The translations under genes were made by a program, and so were the position numbers. The notes beneath the pieces are model-generated. The model searched no databases. It saw only the letters and a list, made by a program, of their open reading frames with translations, and was not told where the DNA came from. From Patescibacteria group bacterium (GTDB taxonomy: Bacteria; Patescibacteriota; Patescibacteriia; 2-12-FULL-57-11), in NCBI GenBank assembly GCA_004299275.1, contig SCSU01000052.1:1-51014 (forward strand): 51,014 nt of DNA. Direction: 5' to 3'. This document shows, piece by piece, positions 27,963 through 36,580 of the stretch; position 1 is the stretch's first letter, and every line of letters starts with the position of its first letter.

Positions 27963-29330
27963 TTACTGTCCTCTGGCTCTTACCACCGTATTCAGCGTTT
28001 TGAGCAGAATCAGCCAGTCTAAAAGATAGGAGCGATTTTTCAGATAAAAAAGGTCGTACTGCAGTTTGAGCCGGTGTTCCTCGGCTGTCGCGTAGTAGGA
28101 GTGGTTTACCTGCGCCCAGCCGGTAAGCCCCGGCCGGACCAAGAGCCGCATTGGGTAATAAGGCATGTCGGCGACGAGTCCTTGGACAAATTCCGGCCGC
28201 TCGGGCCGCGGGCCGATAAAGCTCATTTCGCCCGTGAGGATATTCCAGCACTGCGGCAATTCGTCCAAGCGGGTCAGCCGCAGAATCCGGCCAACGCGAG
28301 TTACGCGTCCGTCGCTTTTTTCCGCGAATTGCGCGCCGCTTTTTTCCGCGTCCACCGACATGGTGCGGAATTTTTTAATCCGGAATATCCTGCCGTCGCG
28401 GCCGACGCGCTCCTGGGCGAAAAAGGTCGGACCGCGGTCTTCGAGCCAGACCAGCGCGGCGACGATCGGCGTCAGAGCCAGCGTGGTGGCGCCGAGAATT
28501 AGAGCCAGCGCGATGTCCGTGCCGCGTTTCAGTTTTTCATAAAATCTTTTGCTGGATTCCTGAAGGTTTTCCAAAAACCAGACGCGGGTGATGGCCGAGA
28601 TGGGCACGCGCCGCGTGATTTGTTCGTAAAAGCCGATGATGTCCAAAAAGTTTATTTTAAGAAAAATGCTCTCGTAGAGCTGTCGCGTGAGTTCCGTGGA
28701 AGTTCGCGGGCTCATGGCGAGCACCACCGTGTCGGCGCGCTCCTCGCGGAGATATTCGGCAAATCCCTCGAGCGTCCGGCGCACCGGCACGCCCGGCGCG
28801 TTCGTGCCGTCCAGAGTAATCGCGCCGGCGACATCCAGGCCAACCAGGGGATTAGCCGTGAGACGGGTGATGAGCTCGCGGGCCTCATCGGTGAGTCCGA
28901 CAAAAACAATCCGGCGCCGGAATTTACCGCCCGCGAGCAACCGGAGCGAGACGAGCCGCCAGGGGACGAGCAGCGCGAAGCTCGCGAGCAGAACCAGGAA
29001 AAGGGTGGTTTTGGGCGAGATGCCGATGCCGGGGACGAGGTAAAAGAAAGCGACGGCCACCGCGGCGGCCGCAGCAGTGGCGGTAATAAGTTCGCCGAAA
29101 AGTTCAGTCCGGTCCCGGCCGAGTGTGAGGTCGTAGAGTCCGAGAGCGGCGAAAATAATTATCCAGAGAATAAAAATCGCCGCGAACGGCGGCCAGTGTT
29201 CGGCAAAGACAAAAGTTCCCTCGCCGGCCAGCCGGCGGGCCACCAGAGCCAAAACCAACGCCAAGAAAAAAACGGCCAGGTCGCCGAACACGAGTCCGAG
29301 GCGTCTTAGTGTGACAATCGCGCGGTCCAT
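27963..29330 (-). CDS. Polyprenyl-phosphate glycosylphosphotransferase (initiating sugar transferase, WcaJ/WbaP-type)
   Basis: N-terminal TM block, CoA-binding-like domain, C-terminal KR..D, KFRTM, RLDELPQ, GEMSFIGPRPERP, PGLTGWAQV. Confidence 0.92.
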   Translation of the reverse strand: MDRAIVTLRRLGLVFGDLAVFFLALVLALVARRLAGEGTFVFAEHWPPFAAIFILWIIIFAALGLYDLTLGRDRTELFGELITATAAAAAVAVAFFYLVPGIGISPKTTLFLVLLASFALLVPWRLVSLRLLAGGKFRRRIVFVGLTDEARELITRLTANPLVGLDVAGAITLDGTNAPGVPVRRTLEGFAEYLREERADTVVLAMSPRTSTELTRQLYESIFLKINFLDIIGFYEQITRRVPISAITRVWFLENLQESSKRFYEKLKRGTDIALALILGATTLALTPIVAALVWLEDRGPTFFAQERVGRDGRIFRIKKFRTMSVDAEKSGAQFAEKSDGRVTRVGRILRLTRLDELPQCWNILTGEMSFIGPRPERPEFVQGLVADMPYYPMRLLVRPGLTGWAQVNHSYYATAEEHRLKLQYDLFYLKNRSYLLDWLILLKTLNTVVRARGQ

Positions 29331-29428
29331 GTGTATTAATCTCTTATCGCGGGACTGGTATTTTTCCGCCTAATCAGGTAGTTTTTAACGGCAGCGGCGT
29401 TGAATAACCGTAAGCTAGCAGAAATATT

Positions 29429-30136
29429 ATGAAGTTTCAACCCTCTAAACGTTTTTTGGCGATTACGGGCTCGGTCGTTTTAACCGCGGCTCTGATTGCC
29501 GGTTTTTCTCTGGCCGCGCCGCGTCTGGCGCTTGGGGGGAAAGAGCGGGCGCTGATTCAGCAAATTGAAAGCAAGCCGGAGGCCAAAGAGGCCTACGCCG
29601 CGATTCTGGAGCATCAAAAGAAAAAAGCCGGCGACGCGGACAACCCCACTTGGTATATCGCCATCGGCAACAATTGGGTGTTGATTGGCGACCTGTTGGG
29701 CAATCAGACGGCGCGGGACAAAGCCATTGCCGAATATGAGCAAGGCATCGCCCGTCTTGGGAAAAAAAATACCACTTTGATAAATAACGCGGGGAACGCT
29801 TATCGCGCTTCGGGACGCTACGGCGAGGCGGAGGCCAAGTACCGCCAGGCGATAGAGGCGAATAGCGGCGAACCGACCGCCTATGAAAATCTGATTGATC
29901 TTTACCGGATGGATTTAAAAAAACCGCCGGCGGAGATAATTAAAGTTTTCCAACTGGCGCTAGACCGGCTGATTGAAAACGCCCGTATCATTCAGCTCTT
30001 GGCTGAGTATCTCGTCTCTGTCGGCCGCGAACGCGACGCCCTGCAATACTATTATTTGCTGGAAAAGCGCCACCCGGAGCAGTTCGCCTCGGTCATCGCC
30101 GATTTGGAGAGAAAGGTAAATCAGGAAAAAAAGTGA
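29429..30136 (+). CDS. Membrane-anchored tetratricopeptide-repeat protein
   Basis: N-terminal hydrophobic segment; TPR-like NNAGNAYRASGRYGEAEAKYRQAIEAN. Confidence 0.7.
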   Translation: MKFQPSKRFLAITGSVVLTAALIAGFSLAAPRLALGGKERALIQQIESKPEAKEAYAAILEHQKKKAGDADNPTWYIAIGNNWVLIGDLLGNQTARDKAIAEYEQGIARLGKKNTTLINNAGNAYRASGRYGEAEAKYRQAIEANSGEPTAYENLIDLYRMDLKKPPAEIIKVFQLALDRLIENARIIQLLAEYLVSVGRERDALQYYYLLEKRHPEQFASVIADLERKVNQEKK

Positions 30137-30160
30137 AGGGGGAGTACAATTAATACCGCT

Positions 30161-32395
30161 ATGAAGGGAGCAGGAGGCGAGGCCGCCAAAAGATTTTTAT
30201 TTATTATCGCTGCAGTCGCGGTGATTGCCTTGGTGTTCAACCCGGCCGCGACTATCGCGTCTAGCGCGCCCCGAACTCACCGTCTCGGTGAACTGCTTAT
30301 TAAATACCGTGGCCAGAGCACGGTCAATAAAATAATTTTTGACAGCGAGGTGGCGGCTGACGGCGCGCTCGCGGCTTATAAAAAAAATCCATTGGTGGAA
30401 ACGGCGAGCCGGAATGCTTTGGTCAAAATCGCGGCCGAGGCGCCCTTCCCCGACGACGAGCAGTTTTACCAGCAGTGGTATCTCCAAAAAATTCGCGCGC
30501 CCGAGGCCTGGAAGACAACGCAGGGTTCAAGGACGGTGGTGGTGGCGGTATTGGACACCGGCGTGGACACCAATCACCCCGACCTTCGTAACAATATCTG
30601 GACCAACCCGCGCGAGATTTTGGACGGTCTAGACAACGACGGCAACGGCTACCCCGACGACACGAACGGCTGGAATTTTATTGACCAAACCGGCGATCCG
30701 CGGCCGACTTTTACGGGCGGCTGGACCGACGCCGGCGTCCACCACGGGACGATGGTGGCCGGCTTGATCGGCGCGGTCGGCAATAACTCGATCGGTGTCG
30801 CCGGCACCGCCTGGTACGTGCGGCTCATGCCGATTCGGGTTTTAGACAGCATGGGCGTCGGCGACGTGTTGGACGTGACCCGAGGCATTGATTACGCCGT
30901 AAAAAACGGGGCGCAAATTTTGAACCTATCCTTTGTCGGGCTGGAGCGCAACGACTTGCTGGACGCGGCGATTGCCCGCGCCCATGCCGCGGGAGTGCTC
31001 GTGGTCGCCGCGGCCGGCAACGACAGCGCGAACGGCGGGCTCAACCTTGACGCTAACCCGCAATATCCGGTGTGCTCTGACGGCGGTCCGGGGAATAATA
31101 ATGTGATTGGCGTTACCGCCACCACCGAGACGGACCTAAAGGCCTCGTTTTCCGGTTACGGAACCCATTGCGTTGACCTGGCCGCGCCGGGAGTGAGCAT
31201 CTTTTCCACCAGGTTTGAGAATCCCTCCTTACCCAATTTTCAAAAGGCCTACGGCGGTTATTGGCAGGGCTCCTCGCTCGCCGCGCCGCTCGTGACCGGA
31301 GCCGCCGCCCTGATTAAGTCGCTGAACCCCGCGCTCGGCAACGACCAGATTCGCGATATTTTAATGGCCTCGGCCGATAAAATTGACGGGCAGAATCCCG
31401 AGTTCTCGGGCAAGCTCGGCGCCGGCCGGCTGAATTTGGCCGTGGCGCTCAAATCCGTTGCCGGTAATCTGCCGGCCGCCGGCCTGTCACGCGCCTACCT
31501 CGGCGTGGCCGCGTCCGCCGGCGTTCCCGGGGAGGTAAAACTTTTTGACCGCAACGGCGGATTTGTCCGTTCCTTTTTGGCCTACGAGGCGCCCTTTAAG
31601 GGCGGGCTCACGGCCGCGGCCGGGGACCTCGACGGCGACGGCCATGAGGAAATCGTAACCGCGCCGCAGAGCTCCTACGCGCCATGGGTGAGGATTTTTG
31701 ATTCGGCCGGGATTAAGCGCGCTGAATTTTTGGCCTACGCCGCCTCGTGGCGCGGCGGGGTCAACGTGGCCGTGGGCGACGTTGACGGCGACGGCCGCGC
31801 GGAGATCGTGACCGGCGCGGGCAAGGGCGGCGGGCCGCACGTCAAAGTTTTTGATGGCCAGGGCCGGACGCGGGCGTCGTTTTTCGCCTATGACCAAAAA
31901 TTCCGTGGCGGGGTCAACGTGGCCGTGGGCGACGTTGACGGCGACGGCCGCTCCGAGATTGTGGCCGGACCGGGCGCCGGCGGCGGGCCGCACGTCCGTG
32001 TTTTTAACGGAGACGGCAGTTTGAAGACCGAGTTTTTTGTGGGTAAAAAAGAGGACAGCCGCGGCTTGCGCGTGGCGGTCGGCGACACCCAGGCCCAGGG
32101 CATCGGCGGCATCGGAGTTTTTCCGGCGGCCGGCGTGGCCAACACTCTTTATCTGATGAATATCCTGGGCGTGCTCTACGGCGTGGTGGAGGTCGCGGCC
32201 TCAACGCAGAATTTTCCTTTCGCTTTGGGCGATATCGATGGCCGCGGCCGGGCGTTCCTGCTCGTCTCCGTCCCGACTAAAGAGGGGATGAGCTTGTCGG
32301 TCTATGACACCGACGGCCGCGAGCGGGCTTATGCCCTGACTTACGTCAAAAAGAAAATGTCTCCGCCCAATCCTTTCGTGGTGCGGAGACCGTAG
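30161..32395 (+). CDS. S8 (subtilisin-like) serine peptidase with C-terminal FG-GAP/VCBS repeats
   Basis: Signal/TM segment; VLDTG, HGTMVAG, AAGN, GSSLAAP triad motifs; repeated GDxDGDG...GGGPHV units. Confidence 0.9.
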   Translation: MKGAGGEAAKRFLFIIAAVAVIALVFNPAATIASSAPRTHRLGELLIKYRGQSTVNKIIFDSEVAADGALAAYKKNPLVETASRNALVKIAAEAPFPDDEQFYQQWYLQKIRAPEAWKTTQGSRTVVVAVLDTGVDTNHPDLRNNIWTNPREILDGLDNDGNGYPDDTNGWNFIDQTGDPRPTFTGGWTDAGVHHGTMVAGLIGAVGNNSIGVAGTAWYVRLMPIRVLDSMGVGDVLDVTRGIDYAVKNGAQILNLSFVGLERNDLLDAAIARAHAAGVLVVAAAGNDSANGGLNLDANPQYPVCSDGGPGNNNVIGVTATTETDLKASFSGYGTHCVDLAAPGVSIFSTRFENPSLPNFQKAYGGYWQGSSLAAPLVTGAAALIKSLNPALGNDQIRDILMASADKIDGQNPEFSGKLGAGRLNLAVALKSVAGNLPAAGLSRAYLGVAASAGVPGEVKLFDRNGGFVRSFLAYEAPFKGGLTAAAGDLDGDGHEEIVTAPQSSYAPWVRIFDSAGIKRAEFLAYAASWRGGVNVAVGDVDGDGRAEIVTGAGKGGGPHVKVFDGQGRTRASFFAYDQKFRGGVNVAVGDVDGDGRSEIVAGPGAGGGPHVRVFNGDGSLKTEFFVGKKEDSRGLRVAVGDTQAQGIGGIGVFPAAGVANTLYLMNILGVLYGVVEVAASTQNFPFALGDIDGRGRAFLLVSVPTKEGMSLSVYDTDGRERAYALTYVKKKMSPPNPFVVRRP
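31754..31951 (+). repeat. Identical 45-bp intragenic repeat (FG-GAP units, period 153 bp)
   Basis: ggcggggtcaacgtggccgtgggcgacgttgacggcgacggccgc at 31754-31798 and 31907-31951. Confidence 0.85.
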
Positions 32396-32406
32396 CCGAC
32401 GATTTT

Positions 32407-32838
32407 ATGCCCCATCCCATCAGCATTCCGCTTTTTTTCCGCCAGGCGGCCGCCTACGCCGCGGTCGGATTTTTTTCCATGCTGGCTGATGTCTTTTTTT
32501 TCGGTTGGCTGACTTTCGGTCTAAAAGTACATTATCTGGCCGCCAACCTTTTTTCGTTTATCGTCATCGGCTCGCTGAATTTTTTGGCCAACCGCCGTTT
32601 TACTTTTAACCATCGCGGCGTTCCCGGGGTTTCGCAATACCTGAAATTTTTCGCGGTGGTGGGTATCGGCCTGTTGCTCAACACCGCCCTGCTCGCTTTT
32701 TTTGTGGAAATAATTTCTCTCCACAAAATTCTGGCCAAACTTTTCGCGGCTGCGGTCACTTTTTTTTGGAACTTCGGCATGAATCGTTTTTGGACCTTTG
32801 CGGCAGCTCCCCGAAGAGCCGAGCAGGAGATTGTTTAG
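32407..32838 (+). CDS. GtrA family protein (lipid-linked sugar flippase-like)
   Basis: 4 TM segments, NFLANRRFTF, WNFGMNRFWTF. Confidence 0.88.
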   Translation: MPHPISIPLFFRQAAAYAAVGFFSMLADVFFFGWLTFGLKVHYLAANLFSFIVIGSLNFLANRRFTFNHRGVPGVSQYLKFFAVVGIGLLLNTALLAFFVEIISLHKILAKLFAAAVTFFWNFGMNRFWTFAAAPRRAEQEIV

Positions 32839-32886
32839 CGTTTATTTTTTTGGTATAGTGGGTCGAGAAATCCAGGACGGGTTATG

Positions 32887-33032
32887 CCCGGCAGTGAAAC
32901 GCCGACAGCGGGCTGGACACAGACCTTGAGGGTCTGTAAAAACGGACCTTCAAGGTCTGGGCTAAAATTGTAAACAATATTCGCTCGTCGAACCCCGCCA
33001 AGCGGGGTTCGAGTCGGCGTTCTACTGCCGGG
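32887..33032 (+). mobile_element. Non-autonomous TIR-bounded structured element (MITE-like or cis-RNA), copy 1
   Basis: cccggcagtgaaacgccgac ... gtcggcgttctactgccggg termini; internal cgaaccccgc/gcggggttcg hairpin; homologous copy at 46464-46673. Confidence 0.65.
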
Positions 33033-33033
33033 T

Positions 33034-34050
33034 ATGCCTACTACTCCAATTTTCGGAAAAAAGAACGTGCTTGTGACCGGTGGCGCCGGTTTTATCGGCT
33101 CGCACCTTTGCGAGCGCCTGCTTAAGGAAGCCAAGGTCATCTGTCTGGACAATTTTGTCAATTCCAACGTCCGTAACATCGAGCACTTGCTCCAGCTCCC
33201 GGACTTTGAGTTTATCCGCGCCGACATCAATCAGCCGATAGATTTGGATTCTTTTAAGGAGCTCGAAAAGTTTAAAGTTAAGTTTCAAGGAGTGCAGGAA
33301 ATTTATCATCTGGCCTGCCCGACCTCCATTAAAAATTTTGAGGAGTTTAAGATTGAGACGCTCCAAGCCAGCTCTGTCGGCATGTGCAATGTTCTGGAAT
33401 TGGCGGTCAAACACAAAGCGAAATTGCTTTTCACTTCAAGTTCGGTGGTTTACGGCGGTCGGCGGGCGAACGACAAATATTTCCGCGAGGAGGACATCGG
33501 TCTCGTGGACCAGCTCTCGCCGCGCGCCTGTTACGACGAAGGCAAGCGCTTTGGAGAGACGATGGTGGAGACCTACCGGCAAACGCACGGCCTGGACGCC
33601 AAAATTGCGCGCGTTTTTCGCACCTACGGCCCACGCCAACGGCTGTTTGACGGCGAGATGGTGCCGGACTTCATTACCAACGCCATTGACGGCAAAGATT
33701 TGGTAATTTACGGGGACGAAAATTTCCGCACTTCACTTGTATATGTTTCCGATTTGGTGGATGGGCTTATAAAGCTCATGAAGGCGCAACGGAATATCGG
33801 GCCGGTGAATTTGGGGGCGGACAGCGACGTCAAAATTATGGAAGTGGCGGAGATGATTGTGAAGTTATTGGGTTCAAAATCAAAAATAGTTTTTGAACCG
33901 TCGCTCCTGTTCTTGACCGAACTCGGTGTTCCGGATATCCGCAAGGCCAAGGAATTTTTGGGCTGGCTGCCGCTCGTGCGACTCCAAGACGGGCTCAAAA
34001 AGGGGATAGATTACGCCCAGGCGCAAAAGACATTGGTGGGGATTGGTTAA
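33034..34050 (+). CDS. UDP-glucuronate decarboxylase (UDP-xylose synthase)-like epimerase/dehydratase
   Basis: TGGAGFIGSHLC, IYHLACPTS, PRACYDEGKR, TYGPR, YVSDLVDGL. Confidence 0.85.
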   Translation: MPTTPIFGKKNVLVTGGAGFIGSHLCERLLKEAKVICLDNFVNSNVRNIEHLLQLPDFEFIRADINQPIDLDSFKELEKFKVKFQGVQEIYHLACPTSIKNFEEFKIETLQASSVGMCNVLELAVKHKAKLLFTSSSVVYGGRRANDKYFREEDIGLVDQLSPRACYDEGKRFGETMVETYRQTHGLDAKIARVFRTYGPRQRLFDGEMVPDFITNAIDGKDLVIYGDENFRTSLVYVSDLVDGLIKLMKAQRNIGPVNLGADSDVKIMEVAEMIVKLLGSKSKIVFEPSLLFLTELGVPDIRKAKEFLGWLPLVRLQDGLKKGIDYAQAQKTLVGIG

Positions 34051-34051
34051 T

Positions 34052-34717
34052 ATGAAAGTCATTGCCGTCATACCCGCTTGGAATGAGGAGCGGACCATTC
34101 GCGAGGTGGTCCGTTCTGTTTCTGCTTACGCTCTGCCGCTCGTCGTGGACGACGGTTCTGCCGACCGGACCGCCGAACTGGCGCTTGCGGCCGGTGCGCG
34201 CATGGTCCGGCACGCGGTCAACCGCGGGCTCGGCGCGGCGCTCGGCACCGGGCTCAAGGCAGCGCTCATGCTCGGCGCGGAGATAATTTTCACTTTTGAC
34301 GCCGACGGCCAGCACGATGCGGCGGATATCCCAGCGGTGCTCGCGCCAATCCGCGAGAGGCGGGCGGACGCGGTTATCGGCAGCCGTCTGCTCGCGCCGC
34401 AAGGCATGCCCTGGATTCGGCACATCGCCAATAAGCTGGGAAATCTTGCCACCCTCGCGCTTTTCGGCGCGCGGGTCAGCGATTCGCAATCCGGTTTCCG
34501 CGCTTTTTCGCGGCTGGCGGCCGAGGGGTTGACTATCCGCACCGACGGCATGGAGGTCTCGTCGGAAATCGCGGCGCAGATTCGCGAGAACGGCTGTCGC
34601 TTGGTCGAAGTCCCCATCCGCGCGGTCTACACCGACTACTCGCTGTCCAAGGGTCAAAGTTTTTTCGTGGGATTGTGGACACTGGGGAAATTATTTATTC
34701 ATCGAGTACGGCGCTGA
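34052..34717 (+). CDS. Glycosyltransferase family 2 (DPM1-like polyprenol-phosphate sugar synthase)
   Basis: IPAWNEE, VDDGSAD, NRGLG, FDADGQH, DSQSGFRA, EVPI; followed by DUF2304. Confidence 0.9.
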   Translation: MKVIAVIPAWNEERTIREVVRSVSAYALPLVVDDGSADRTAELALAAGARMVRHAVNRGLGAALGTGLKAALMLGAEIIFTFDADGQHDAADIPAVLAPIRERRADAVIGSRLLAPQGMPWIRHIANKLGNLATLALFGARVSDSQSGFRAFSRLAAEGLTIRTDGMEVSSEIAAQIRENGCRLVEVPIRAVYTDYSLSKGQSFFVGLWTLGKLFIHRVRR

Positions 34718-34718
34718 T

Positions 34719-35093
34719 ATGAATTTTCTCCTCATTCAACTCCTAATCGTCTTGTTTGTTTCCTTCGCGGCCGTGGGCGTGGTGCGACGGTTTTTGCGCG
34801 GCGAGCTCCGGCGGGCAGCCGCGGCCGGCTGGCTCGCGCTTTGGGCCGCGGTCGCGGCGGCGGTTTTGGCGCCCAAGACCACCGAACTTTTAGCCCGCCT
34901 CCTCGGCGTCGGGCGGGGAGTGGACGTGGTGCTTTATCTCTCGGTGGTGGGTCTTTTTTATCTGCAATTTAGAACCATGCTTCGGTTGGAAAAGATGGAC
35001 CGCGCGATTACGGCCGCGGTCCGCGCCGCCGCGCTCGGTGATCTGGCTCGCGAACAGCCCGAAATCAAACCTAGCGCTCATTCGCGCGAATGA
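34719..35093 (+). CDS. DUF2304 family membrane protein
   Basis: LARLLGVGRGVDVVLY motif, 3 TM segments, coiled C-terminus, adjacent to a DPM1-like GT2. Confidence 0.8.
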   Translation: MNFLLIQLLIVLFVSFAAVGVVRRFLRGELRRAAAAGWLALWAAVAAAVLAPKTTELLARLLGVGRGVDVVLYLSVVGLFYLQFRTMLRLEKMDRAITAAVRAAALGDLAREQPEIKPSAHSRE

Positions 35094-35447
35094 GCGAATG
35101 ACATGCGCGGGGGGTCTTGACAGGGCGCGAAGGTTCCGGTTGGGGTATGTTAGAGACATATGGATGTGAATAAATGGGAGCGTCTCTATAAGGCCCTGGC
35201 TAATAAAAGGCGGCTGGGCATCATTAGTTCCCTGTCGCGTCATCGGGAGCTTAGCGTCGCCGAGATTTCCGAACAATTGCATCTATCCTTCAAGGCGACC
35301 TCAAAACATTTAAACATCTTGAAAACAGAGGATCTTGTGCAAAATGAACAAAGGAGTCGGCAGGTTTTTTATTGGCTGGGTCCTGACCAACCACCGGCGG
35401 TGCGATGTTACCTCGACGACAATCTAGCGCACATTCGCGCGAATGAG
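35071..35447. repeat. 24-bp direct repeats (palindrome family B core CATTCGCGCGAATG) bracketing the ArsR gene
   Basis: ctagcgctcattcgcgcgaatgag (35071-35094) and ctagcgcacattcgcgcgaatgag (35424-35447), 1 mismatch. Confidence 0.85.
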
Positions 35448-35468
35448 GGTAAGGCGAAGAAGGGATGA
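35160..35468 (+). CDS. ArsR/SmtB family winged-helix transcriptional regulator
   Basis: KALANKRRLGII, ELSVAEISEQLHLSFKATSKHLNILK, QVFYWL. Confidence 0.85.
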   Translation: MDVNKWERLYKALANKRRLGIISSLSRHRELSVAEISEQLHLSFKATSKHLNILKTEDLVQNEQRSRQVFYWLGPDQPPAVRCYLDDNLAHIRANEGKAKKG

Positions 35469-36538
35469 ACAAAATCGCGGTCATAATCTTAAGCTACAAC
35501 CACGAGCAGTTTCTGCGCGATCTTTTCGCGTCCCTTGGCCGCCTGAGCTATCCGCGCGAGTCACTCAAAATTTTTTTCCTCGACAACGCCTCGGCCGACG
35601 GCTCGGCCGCGCTCGCCCCGAGACTCCTTGCAGAGTTAAATTTTGAGCATGAATTTATAGAAAAAAAGGAGAATCTCGGTTTTGCCGGCGGCAATAACCT
35701 CTGTATCCGCCGCGCGCTGGACGAGAGTTTTGATTTCGTCTATCTGCTGAATCCCGATACGGAAGTGGAACCAGATTTTTTGGAACGGGCGGCGGCCGCG
35801 ATGGGCGACACCAGCGTCGGCGCGGCGCAGTCGCTCTTGCTCATGGGCGACGACCATCAAGTTATTAATTCCGTCGGCAACGCTTTCCATTATCTTGGTT
35901 TCGGTTATTGCCTCGGCTATCGCGACCGGCGGGACTCGCCGGTCTACGCCCAACTCGCGTCAAAAATGCCGGAGATCACGTATGCCTCCGGCGCCGGCGT
36001 GCTTTTGCGTGCCGGGGCGCTCCGGCAAGTCGGGCTCTTTGACGAAACGCTTTTTGCCTATCACGAGGACGCCGATCTCTCGCTCCGGTTATTTTTGGCC
36101 GGCTGGCGGATAGTTCTCGCCCCGCGGTCGGTGGTTTATCATCACTACCAATTTTCGCGGAGCATTAAAAAATATTACTGGATGGAACGGAATCGCTTTA
36201 TTGTTCTTTGGAAATGCCTGCGGCTCCGGACCTTGTTGTTGGTTTTGCCGATGCAGCTCGTTCTCGAAGCCGGGTTGCTGCTTTTTTCTTTTCGTACCGG
36301 CTGGTGGCGGGAGAAGCTCCGCGCCTGCGTTTGGTTTTTGAACCCGCACAATCTCGCCGCGCTCTGGCGCAGCCGGCGGGCAATCCAAAAATCGCGCCGT
36401 TTGCCGGATCGCGAACTGGCGCGGCGCTTTACTTCGGTAATTTCCTATCAAGAAATTGACAACATTTTACTGCGGCGAATCGGCAACCCGCTCATGACCG
36501 CTTACTGGCGCGCGGTTCGGCCGCTGATTAGGTGGTAA
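35465..36538 (+). CDS. Glycosyltransferase family 2
   Basis: IILSYN, DNASADGS, NLGFAGGNN, LLNPDT, FAYHEDAD. Confidence 0.92.
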   Translation: MNKIAVIILSYNHEQFLRDLFASLGRLSYPRESLKIFFLDNASADGSAALAPRLLAELNFEHEFIEKKENLGFAGGNNLCIRRALDESFDFVYLLNPDTEVEPDFLERAAAAMGDTSVGAAQSLLLMGDDHQVINSVGNAFHYLGFGYCLGYRDRRDSPVYAQLASKMPEITYASGAGVLLRAGALRQVGLFDETLFAYHEDADLSLRLFLAGWRIVLAPRSVVYHHYQFSRSIKKYYWMERNRFIVLWKCLRLRTLLLVLPMQLVLEAGLLLFSFRTGWWREKLRACVWFLNPHNLAALWRSRRAIQKSRRLPDRELARRFTSVISYQEIDNILLRRIGNPLMTAYWRAVRPLIRW

Positions 36539-36545
36539 GTTGGTT

Positions 36546-36579
36546 CGAGATTGGATCTCTTGCAGGAGATCCAATCTCG
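36546..36579. repeat. Palindromic element family A, copy 2 (34 bp, intergenic between convergent genes)
   Basis: cgagattggatctcttgcaggagatccaatctcg. Confidence 0.9.
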
Positions 36580-36580
36580 C

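Noticed and set aside
32887-33032. TIR element as tRNA, SRP RNA or group II intron remnant
   Set aside because: No cloverleaf, no SRP helix-8 motif and no domain V catalytic triad recognisable by eye; an Rfam search is still needed
35117-35151. TTGACA...TATGTT promoter for the ArsR gene
   Set aside because: Spacer is 23 bp, too long for sigma70
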